A stretch of 64,000 nt of DNA from contig JBGSZS010000020.1 of NCBI GenBank assembly GCA_041750285.1, forward strand, positions 1 to 64,000, written 5' to 3'. Positions 48,213-57,000 of this stretch are shown in pieces. The stretch comes from Candidatus Fermentibacteraceae bacterium. GTDB lineage: Bacteria > Fermentibacterota > Fermentibacteria > Fermentibacterales > JCC-6. How positions within the stretch are numbered: position 1 is the stretch's first letter; every line of letters begins with the position of its first letter. A program made the translations under genes and the position numbers. The notes beneath the pieces are model-generated. The model was not told the DNA's origin, did no database searches, and saw only the letters and a program-made list of their open reading frames with translations.

Positions 48213-51127
48213 CGGTACACCTCCCCGGCTGGTGCGTCGACAGGTAGAACGACAGGGGTTTCGTGCAGGGGAACTCCCGGTGAAACGGGGCCTTCAGCCG
48301 GTTTGTCGCCTTCCGCGGGCATGAGCCTGCCGGGATACCTGCCGTTGATGGCTCCGTGGGTAACGTTGGGAAGCCAGGTATCGCTGGAGAAGAAACGCAG
48401 ACGGTCGATGTTCCAGCCGCCCCTGACGATCGAACCGTCGCTCATCATCCTCCAGCGGTAGACCACGGTTCGATTGGTGCCGAAAACGGTCGAGGGGAGG
48501 TTGTCCACCCTGAAGCGGTAGTAACCCCATCCGGAGGCTGTGCCGTGAAGGGTTGCCAGCGGATGCCAGTCGTTGAACTGGTGCGGAGCTATCTCGCTGA
48601 ACCTGGCGACCTCGACGTACCCGAAGTCGTAGTTCTGTTCGAACCTCGGGCAGGCGTAGAACTCGACGTAAGCGTAGTTGTCGCCCATGTCATTGTTGTA
48701 GAAGATGGGAGGAGTGATGAGGGCATTGTGCTGGCTGTTCTCGTACTGAAGGTTCCAGTAGAACCCGTGCGAACTCCATGCAGTGGACATGTCGTTTCCG
48801 GCCCATTTTGAGCCGTCGGGTGTCGAGGTGGGATCGGCCGTGCCGGAAAGGACCCTGGCGTACGCAAACCAGTCGGCCATGGCCCATGTCGTCATGTTCC
48901 AGATGATCTGGGGCCAGTCCGCCCCGGGCCGGCTTCTCGTGTAGTCAACTTCCCAGCCGGGATTGGACGAATTGCCCACCGTGCCGTAGTTGAACCTGAG
49001 CCTCACCTGCTGCCCCGCGTATTCGGTTATGTCTATCACGGAGAAGTTCCAGTTCGTGCCGTTGCTTCCGGTCCATCCCGGCTCCATCGAAAGGGCCGGA
49101 ACCGCAGCAGTGTAGTAGCCCCAGTACGGAACGATAAGCTCCCAGCTCTCCCCGTTGTTGTTGGTGATCTTCACATTGCAGCCGTCTCCCGTGCTGCCGA
49201 AGCTGTACCTGTGAAAGAAGGCGACTGCGATCCTGTGACCCTCGGGATACCCCGAAAGGTCGATCAGCGGACTCTGCAGCCACGCCCGTGTGGGTGTCTG
49301 CTGGTAATTTTGTGCGCCGGCTACGGCGAAGCACCATGCGCCGTTGTAGGCCGCGTGGTTCGACGGCTCCCACTCATCGGTCACGTACCCGGGCCACGGT
49401 CCGTGTGTCCATCCCGACATTCCCCAGCCCCTGTTGTCTATGGAGATCTGGTCGAAGGCAATTCCGCTGTTGGGTATGGACTGGTCTCCGCGCTGGGCGA
49501 AACCAATGAGGAAGTTTCCCGAGAACGGGATTCCGGCGTTCTGCGCAGCCTGGCCAAGATCGACCGAGGCGGTTGTCCAGTTCGGGAAGTTGTCGGGCAC
49601 CGAGAGGATCTTGTGGCTCATGTCCCAGTAGCCGCTGGTGCCCTCGGAGACGAGAACGTTGTCGAAACTCACCCCGCCGTTGGCGTTGAAGGCCACAGTG
49701 GCGCCGGTGCCCTGCTGGGCAAGGATTATCCGGGTGTTGGCCAGGTCGTAACCCACGGGTATCAGCTCGTCAAGGTCGATGGTTATCCTCGCCCATGAAC
49801 CGGCAGGGTATGCCCCTGGATTGAGCTGGTGTGTCGCCACCGGGGTGCTCGTTATGCCTCCCGGCCCCATGATTCCCACAAAGGCGGTGTTGGGTGAACC
49901 CCTGCTGCACATGTCGAAGCTGATCTCGAGGTCGGTGCTCCCCGCGTAGGCGGACAGATCGAGCGTGGTCATCACCCTGCTCGTTCCCGTGTAGCCCTGC
50001 CGCCGTGTATCGAGGTTGAGGTAGTTCCCGCCGTCCGGAAGCTTGGGCCACGAAGCCGAGATCTGGACCCTTCCGTAGTCGTCGGTCCAGAAGGTCCAGC
50101 TTCGGGGAAAGCCGTTCCTGAACTCGCTGAAGTCCTCGTTGAGTATCTCGACCTGGGCATCGGGAATCCATTCAGTAAGGTAGACTCCGTCCTCTGTGTC
50201 CCATGAATCGTTGAACTCGCGCCAGTTAATGTGAAGCCGCAGCGAGTCGGTCCAGTCGAACCCCGACAGGTCGACGCTCCAGACGGCCATCTGGGTGCTG
50301 AGCCCGGGGGTCTCGCAGTCGAGGGCCAGACAGCTCTGCCCCTCGTACGCCTCGCTGTTGGTCCACCTGCGCACGCGGCCGTTGCTGTTCTCCGACCAGG
50401 TGACCCATTTGTTGCTCCATGATGCAGGACTCTCGAAATCCTCGGTGATCATGGGCACCCACATCCATCCAGCTTCCATCGCATCCTCGAAAATGAACGT
50501 GGTGGGAACCTCGAAGTCCTCGAAGAAGACCTCGCGCTCGAGTCGGGAGCCTCCGTCGTCATGATAGGACTCGTACACCGCCAGAAGCATTTCGGGATCG
50601 TGGCAGACAGCGAGGTTCAGCGGAGACACGCTTCCCGTTACCCGGGCGCCATTGCCGGAGGCCAGGTCAAAGTCGATTCGCCTGATCAGGGCCGGGTCGG
50701 TGACTTCCAAACCCGCGGCATCAAAGTATCCAAAGGTAACACTGCCCTCGATGGGCGGCGTGAAATCCTCGCCCGAGGCGTTCCGAACGGTAATGAAACC
50801 GCCGGAATTCCTTATCGAAAGCGTGTCTTCGGGGCCGAAGCCCTCTGTCAGGGTCAGGTTCGCAACGATAACAAGACCATCGTCGTCCGCCTGAAGGACC
50901 GGCTGCCATGCACCGGGAAAAACATCCCCCATGTAGCCGGTGTTGGCAAGAATGTCTTCAAGCCTTGCCGCGCCCAGCCTGGCGTCCGTTATGGCCGCCT
51001 CACGGGCCACGGCGTCGCCGGCACGCTGAGTTCCCCTTATAAAGAAGAACAGAGCAGCCAGAACCACACCCAGAACGGCAAGGGCGATCAGCCCCTCCAC
51101 AAGGGTGAAACCCCGTCTTCCACTCAT
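48209..51127 (-). CDS. Giant type IV pilin-like protein (~972 aa; PilW/GspJ-like head plus four jelly-roll domains)
   Basis: Class III signal RRG|FTLVE and hydrophobic helix; FGYFDAAG, IRRIDF, VSPLNL head; four EDF-type openers and four G..hD.h.h closers. Confidence 0.85.
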   Translation of the reverse strand: MSGRRGFTLVEGLIALAVLGVVLAALFFFIRGTQRAGDAVAREAAITDARLGAARLEDILANTGYMGDVFPGAWQPVLQADDDGLVIVANLTLTEGFGPEDTLSIRNSGGFITVRNASGEDFTPPIEGSVTFGYFDAAGLEVTDPALIRRIDFDLASGNGARVTGSVSPLNLAVCHDPEMLLAVYESYHDDGGSRLEREVFFEDFEVPTTFIFEDAMEAGWMWVPMITEDFESPASWSNKWVTWSENSNGRVRRWTNSEAYEGQSCLALDCETPGLSTQMAVWSVDLSGFDWTDSLRLHINWREFNDSWDTEDGVYLTEWIPDAQVEILNEDFSEFRNGFPRSWTFWTDDYGRVQISASWPKLPDGGNYLNLDTRRQGYTGTSRVMTTLDLSAYAGSTDLEISFDMCSRGSPNTAFVGIMGPGGITSTPVATHQLNPGAYPAGSWARITIDLDELIPVGYDLANTRIILAQQGTGATVAFNANGGVSFDNVLVSEGTSGYWDMSHKILSVPDNFPNWTTASVDLGQAAQNAGIPFSGNFLIGFAQRGDQSIPNSGIAFDQISIDNRGWGMSGWTHGPWPGYVTDEWEPSNHAAYNGAWCFAVAGAQNYQQTPTRAWLQSPLIDLSGYPEGHRIAVAFFHRYSFGSTGDGCNVKITNNNGESWELIVPYWGYYTAAVPALSMEPGWTGSNGTNWNFSVIDITEYAGQQVRLRFNYGTVGNSSNPGWEVDYTRSRPGADWPQIIWNMTTWAMADWFAYARVLSGTADPTSTPDGSKWAGNDMSTAWSSHGFYWNLQYENSQHNALITPPIFYNNDMGDNYAYVEFYACPRFEQNYDFGYVEVARFSEIAPHQFNDWHPLATLHGTASGWGYYRFRVDNLPSTVFGTNRTVVYRWRMMSDGSIVRGGWNIDRLRFFSSDTWLPNVTHGAINGRYPGRLMPAEGDKPAEGPVSPGVPLHETPVVLPVDAPAGEVYR

Positions 51128-51183
51128 TCTTTCGCCGCCTTTCCAATAAGAATCCCTGCAACCATCTATCATATCTTCCCGTA

Positions 51184-52548
51184 TCATTCGTCGAAAGCCT
51201 CACGAGGGGCATCCATCAGCCACGACACAGGCGTCCACCTCCACACCTGGGGAAACCCGGGGGGATGCAGTGAGACAAGGCCCGGATCGTGGGAGATTCC
51301 CAGCTCGTATCCTGTAAGTCCGCTTCCGAACCCTGCGAACGTCGCCGTGGCGAGCCCGCCCTGTATGGCTATCCGTGTTGGTTCGGGGGGATACATCCCG
51401 GTCCTTGCCCTGAAGCGGCCACGCGGGGCCGCCAGGAAAGCCCTTACCGTGAAGTGGGAGTCTGTCTCGATGTCCCACGGCCTGTCCCAGTCGTCCTGCC
51501 CCGTGAACTCGGGATCGGTTTCCACGATTATGTCGCCCAGTGCCACGAGTCCCAGAGGGCCTCCGTGACCCGCCAGCCCTCCGTCTATGGGTCCCCCGAG
51601 AACAAGGTTCCCCCTTGAGATGATCGTGAGCGGCGCCGTGAGGCTTGCCCGTGACTTCAGGATCGTGCCGTCATAACCACCTGACACACAAAGCACGCTC
51701 ACTCCCTGAAGGGAGAGGGTTTCGGGGGGACTTGCGGTGTCCCTTCTGTAGATCACCCTGCTTCCGTCCAGCAGCATCCGGGCCGCAGTGACCGAAACGG
51801 CTCCGCTGACAAGTCCGGCGAGCTCCTGTGATGCCCCGGGCATGTCCACCGGATCCTGGGTGCAGCTCCAGCTGGGTCTTCCCTGATTGTGCCTCGGCCA
51901 TGGCCTCACCCATACCCTGCTGTCGGGCGGGTGGGGTGAATCCGACATCCCCGCATCGGAGAACATGAATCCCCCCGTTACCGTGGTGGAGACGGACGAG
52001 ACCCAGGGGTCATCGGTGGAGTCCGGGGAGGAGCTGTCGAAGAAAATCCTTCCGTTGGCGTGCACGTGACCATCAACAACGCTTCCGTCGCTGAAGAAGC
52101 CCGGAGGGATCTCACCGCCGACAACGAGGGCAAAACCGGAAAGGTATCTGGGAACGGCCCTTACTATCAACCTGTAGTCCTGCGACCTGAATGTTCCGAT
52201 GCTCCTTATCTCGGCAACGCCGTTGCCGACCGAGGGATTCACGGGCACCGAGGGATGAACAGTTATAAGGGCGGTTGAACCCTCCGGCATTGAAAACCCG
52301 TCGGGAAATGGTTCGAAGGGTTCACGGGGGAGTTCATCCAGCGATTTCAGGTAGTGCATTGCCAGGTTCGCGCCGGACTCGGCTGCGTATGCCGCCATCA
52401 GTCTGTCCCTCTTGAAGATGGCGGTTCCAGCGTTAGACTTGAAGTACGTGTACGATGCCAGGACAAGGAACATCATCACAGAGGCAACACCGATTACCAT
52501 GGCCAGCACCGCGCCCCGCCGTGAGTGTCTACGGGTGTTCCTTGTCAT
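51184..52548 (-). CDS. PilX/GspK-like minor pilin with DUF4900-like beta-solenoid
   Basis: SRRG|AVLAM (no Glu5), AAYAAESG.N.A, EIRS.G, DGHVHANG, LGLVA.GDI, GY....HDP.L....PPGFP. Confidence 0.8.
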   Translation of the reverse strand: MTRNTRRHSRRGAVLAMVIGVASVMMFLVLASYTYFKSNAGTAIFKRDRLMAAYAAESGANLAMHYLKSLDELPREPFEPFPDGFSMPEGSTALITVHPSVPVNPSVGNGVAEIRSIGTFRSQDYRLIVRAVPRYLSGFALVVGGEIPPGFFSDGSVVDGHVHANGRIFFDSSSPDSTDDPWVSSVSTTVTGGFMFSDAGMSDSPHPPDSRVWVRPWPRHNQGRPSWSCTQDPVDMPGASQELAGLVSGAVSVTAARMLLDGSRVIYRRDTASPPETLSLQGVSVLCVSGGYDGTILKSRASLTAPLTIISRGNLVLGGPIDGGLAGHGGPLGLVALGDIIVETDPEFTGQDDWDRPWDIETDSHFTVRAFLAAPRGRFRARTGMYPPEPTRIAIQGGLATATFAGFGSGLTGYELGISHDPGLVSLHPPGFPQVWRWTPVSWLMDAPREAFDE

Positions 52549-52564
52549 GGCGTCATTCCAGCCG

Positions 52565-54046
52565 TCAGCGCCTGTTGTCGATCATGTCGGTGATCTCCAT
52601 GTTCGATTCTTCAGTCCAGTATAGAACGTGCCACCGGCCGTTGTTCGGGAAGAAGGGCGGGTGCATGGTCATCAGCCTGGGGTCGAAATAGACCTGCATG
52701 TCGTACCCTGCCGAGCCGGTACCGGTATAGCCTTCGGTTTGAACCATATAGCCGCCCATCACCAGAAAGGTCGCGAACGGCACCGGAAATCTCCAGTCCT
52801 GAGCCTGGAGCACGCCGTCAAGTGCCAGAAGCACTGCATCGTATTCAACGTTCATGTGGGTCTCGATCGAAAAGCCATCCTCCCACTGCCCGGGAAAGCC
52901 TGTGGCCCCGAGGCACCTTGCAATGAGCATGTTTCCGTTGACGGTAAGCAGCCCCAGCATGATGTCGTTGTCGGGGTCGAGGGGGTCGTCGTTCTGGTAG
53001 AGCATGTTGCCCGACATGACGATGTTGCCCTGCGTGCCGATGGTCAGGGGCATGGACAGCCCGTCAACCCTCATGTTGCCGTAGCTGCGGAGGTAGACAT
53101 CCTGGCCGATGGGCAGGTCGATCCAGACCACGGGATTGGCCAGAGAGTCCAGCCAGTACTTGGTGACCGGACTGAATTCGGTCAATTTCACCATGAGGGT
53201 GTCGTTCCTTATCATCGTGCGCATCCGGTTGGCGACCTGGGCGCCCGTCAGAACAAGGCCGCCGTTCTCGGCGGCATTCAGCACCGATGTCCAGTCCAGC
53301 TCGTCGCTTCCGAAGGGGATGGTGTCGGCGTTGAGCTCGAAGTAGGGCTCTCCCATAAGCATTCTGTCGTAGGGCTGGAGCCGGAGGTTCCCCCCCCCGC
53401 CTGAAACCTCCGGCTGGGTCGCCTGGATCTTGGTACTCTGTGCAAGATAGTATGGAGATGTCAGGGAGAGGCTGTAGAAGTAGGGGTCGTTGTTGAAACC
53501 CAGGCTTCTGCTGTAGATCCAGACCGGTCCGTTGGCGTAGAAGGGGCCGTCGAACTTGTAGCCGTCGCCGTAGTAGCCGCTGACATCGGGGTTGTCCATG
53601 AACACGCTGAACCTGGCAACGTTCTCGGGCATCACGCCGTTTGACATGCCGAATGTGAGGGGGCCTCCGGTGGCGTCTATCCTGCCTATGCAGCGGACCT
53701 CGTACGCATTGGCGGACAGCACCCTGTCGTTGGTGTCAAACGGGTCCACGACCACCATGACCTCGCCCAGCGGATCGGGAAGCTGGAACCATGTCAGGCC
53801 GTCACCCAGGAACCACTCGGGCACCTTTCCCTGAGGGATGTCCGACCCTCCCATTATCATGTGAACGGCGAGGTTGGCTCCGGACTCGGCCGTGAGCTTG
53901 ACCTGGATGCGGTCCCGCGTCCACAGCTGGGTATCGCCGCTCGATCTGAGGTAGGTGTAGGCCGCCCCGGTGAGAATGATAAGGAACAGGGCGGATATGA
54001 CAACCAGCATGAGGGCGGAACCCCTTTTTCTTCCGATTGCTTTCAT
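52565..54046 (-). CDS. PilX/GspK-like minor pilin with DUF4900-like beta-solenoid (paralogue of 51184-52548)
   Basis: RKRG|SALML, TAESGANLAVH, YEVRC.G, DGPFYANG, LGLL..NGN, GY....YFDPRL...HPPFFP. Confidence 0.8.
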   Translation of the reverse strand: MKAIGRKRGSALMLVVISALFLIILTGAAYTYLRSSGDTQLWTRDRIQVKLTAESGANLAVHMIMGGSDIPQGKVPEWFLGDGLTWFQLPDPLGEVMVVVDPFDTNDRVLSANAYEVRCIGRIDATGGPLTFGMSNGVMPENVARFSVFMDNPDVSGYYGDGYKFDGPFYANGPVWIYSRSLGFNNDPYFYSLSLTSPYYLAQSTKIQATQPEVSGGGGNLRLQPYDRMLMGEPYFELNADTIPFGSDELDWTSVLNAAENGGLVLTGAQVANRMRTMIRNDTLMVKLTEFSPVTKYWLDSLANPVVWIDLPIGQDVYLRSYGNMRVDGLSMPLTIGTQGNIVMSGNMLYQNDDPLDPDNDIMLGLLTVNGNMLIARCLGATGFPGQWEDGFSIETHMNVEYDAVLLALDGVLQAQDWRFPVPFATFLVMGGYMVQTEGYTGTGSAGYDMQVYFDPRLMTMHPPFFPNNGRWHVLYWTEESNMEITDMIDNRR

Positions 54047-54056
54047 CAGTCTCACC

Positions 54057-57000
54057 TCACTTTCCCGTGGTTCGGCCAAAGAACTGGATGTTGTCGAGGT
54101 TCCAACCCCCCTGTTTGAGCCAGAGGCCCGAGGAGAGAACGAACCTTATGAAATAGTAGTCGAAGGAGGAGTTGGCGTTGAACTCCGCGGTGAGATTGAT
54201 GGTCTCATACTGCCAGTTGTTGTCGTAAACACCGCTGTAGGTCCTGATGTTCTCCCACGAGAGCTCCTCGGGGTTGCGGTCGGGGTCGTCGTCAAAGGCT
54301 ATCTGAACGTAGCCGAAGTCGTTCGTGGCCAGCCTGAGGCAACGGTAGAACCTCACGTTGACGGTGTCGTACGCGGCTGCGTCAGCCATCTCGTAACCGC
54401 TTGACGCGAACCACCACCAGGCTTCGTCTTCGTAGTACCCGTTAATGGTGAGGTCGGTACCCGCAATGCTCGTTCCGTTCTCGGCAGTCAGGGCCGGATC
54501 GGGTGCCGGCCAGAATGCCGGAGCCCCAATCTCCCATTCGTTGCCTGCCGTGCCTGCTGTGGTGCCGCCGGAGGTCCAGGTGACGGGGTTGAAAAGACCA
54601 AGTTCGGGTGCCGTGTAGATGGCCTCGAAGTCGGTGAACCTGAAGTCGAAACTCACCGGCATGTTGCTGCTGTACTGGGTGCCGCTCTCCCCAACCGTGA
54701 CCGGGCTGCCGCCGATGGTGACCCTTGTGACCGGTCTGGTCGTCTGCACGGGCAGGAATGTGGGAGGGGTTCCTCCCCAGGCGGCCCTGCACACGTTCTC
54801 GATGCCTTCGTGCCTGAATGTGCCAAACCCCATGGTCTGGTTGTCGGAGACGATCTTCACACGAAGGTTGGCGTCGACGGGAAGGAAGTAGCTGTTGTCG
54901 AGCGGTATCGTCTGCCACTGCTGGGTGTTGCTGAAGACAAGCGGACCGCTGTAGGCAAGGAACAGCTCGCTCGGTTCCCATCTTCCACCCGAAAGCGTGG
55001 TCTGATCGGTCGAGCCCATGTACACATCGACATGGTCGAAGGTCATGTTCGCCACGACCGAGGTCTGGAAGTCGATGGAGGTTATCTCGTGGCCTTCGAT
55101 AAGGCAGTGGGCGTAGAAGTCGTCGAGGTACCAGCCTTCCCTTATGACCGACAGGTCTGAGTAGAAGACGAACCGGAACCTGACGCTGCTGCCTTTGTAG
55201 GGAGCGAGGTCGATCACCTCGGTGCTCCAGGACCTGGACCCGCTGAAGACGTCGCGGCCCCCGATAACGGCGTTGTAGTTAAGGCCGCTTGTGAGACCGA
55301 GGTCGGTCCATGAGCCGCCGTTCACCGATATCTGGACATAGCCGTAGTCGTAACCGGTTTCGAATTCGAAATCGGAACGGAATGAAAGCTCTGGGTCGAT
55401 GGCTTCGAGAGGTATCATGAAAGAGGGGGTCTCGAGGAAGCAGTGGGCAAAGTTGCTGTAGTAATCGGGGTCGTTGGCGTGAAGCGACCACATGTAGTCG
55501 GACGGATCGCTTGTGCTCTGATGAACGCTCCAGTCGTCAATACCCGTAAGGATGGGGTTGTGGGTCCAGCCCGGCATCGTGAGCCTGTCGACCGCCATGC
55601 CAACCTCGAAGTCGTCCCAGCAGATGCCGTGGATGTCCCACGGACCGGTGCCCGCCTGGCTGAGAAGAACCCCGAAGTCGCTCACGAAACCGGGGCCCGA
55701 AGGCGGCATCGCCGCGGCATTGAGGTCTACGTTGATTGTGCTCCAGTCGGCACCCGAAGAGGGAACACCTATCCGGGTGTAGGTGGTGTCGGCGGAGCCT
55801 GCTATGACTTCGACATCGTCTATGCTGATTCCCCTGTTTGTGCTGAAGTCGACTGCCATTCCGTTGTCGTACTGGGCGAAGATCAGGTAGAGCGGGTCGG
55901 GGGGAATACCGGGAATGGTGAAAACGGCTGATCTATCGGTCCACTCGGCGTTGCCGTAGCTCTGCGGGACAAAGTCGGCAACGTGATTGACCGTTCCCTC
56001 TATGACTCCGTGGCTGTTCCATCCGAGGAAGTCACCGGTGCCGCTTCCCGCGTTGTAGGCGTGGTTTTGGTCATTGTGATCGTGGAACCTGTAGTTGACG
56101 GTGAACTGGGTGTTGCTGGCCAGCCCCGTGGTTGGGACCTCGATCATCATCCTGACCTGTCCGTCGAAGCCCTCGCGCCTGCTGTCGAGGGTGACGAAAC
56201 CGCCGTTGCCGGGCCAGCCCGAGGGAGCGTGCACACGGCTGCGGCCGTAAAGGCTGCCCCAGAAAGTGATGTCACCCGAGGCCATGCCGACGTTGTTGAA
56301 GTTCTGCGTCAGGATGGTCTGGGGCACGCCGGTGAAATCGAGGAAGAAGACGCCGTCGGAAGCGTCGATCGTCTCGTTGGTGCCCCTGAGCGTGCTTACT
56401 TTGAGGTAGAGGTCGTCTGTCCAGATGCTGTAGGGGCTGAGGTCGAGTACGACCCCGGCCAGGTTCCGGGTCTGGGCGCCCGCGACCCTCCGCTGCATCC
56501 GGAGGGATTCATCCACCACGCCAATCATGCCGTCCGGACCCAGGGAGTAGGTGTTCCAGGTGAGAGCCTTCCCTCCCTTGGCCGAAAAGTCGTCGAAAAA
56601 CAGCGGGATGGAATCGGATACGACCTGTGGGGAGTTGAGATCGTCCTCCCACAGCACCACCGGGGTCACCGCGGAACCGGCGCCCTCGAATCCCTCGGCT
56701 GCGGTTATCGGATCACCGGGACTGCCGCCGCCCGAGCCGCCGAGCGTCCAGTGAAGGACGTTCCAAAGGAACTGGTAGCCATCGCCGGTGTAACCCGTAG
56801 CGGCAGGAAGACCGTAGAAGACCCTTCTCGTGGGAAGCTCTTCGTCCCTGACCGAGACAAGACCGGGCGTCGATCCGAAACCGTCGATCGTGGTGATGGT
56901 TTCGGTTATGGGTGTCAGGTCTTCCAGGTAGTTCATTACCGGAGTAATGGGAGGGACGATGAGCGTATCGTACATCGTGAACACCAGGTCTGCGGGGGAA

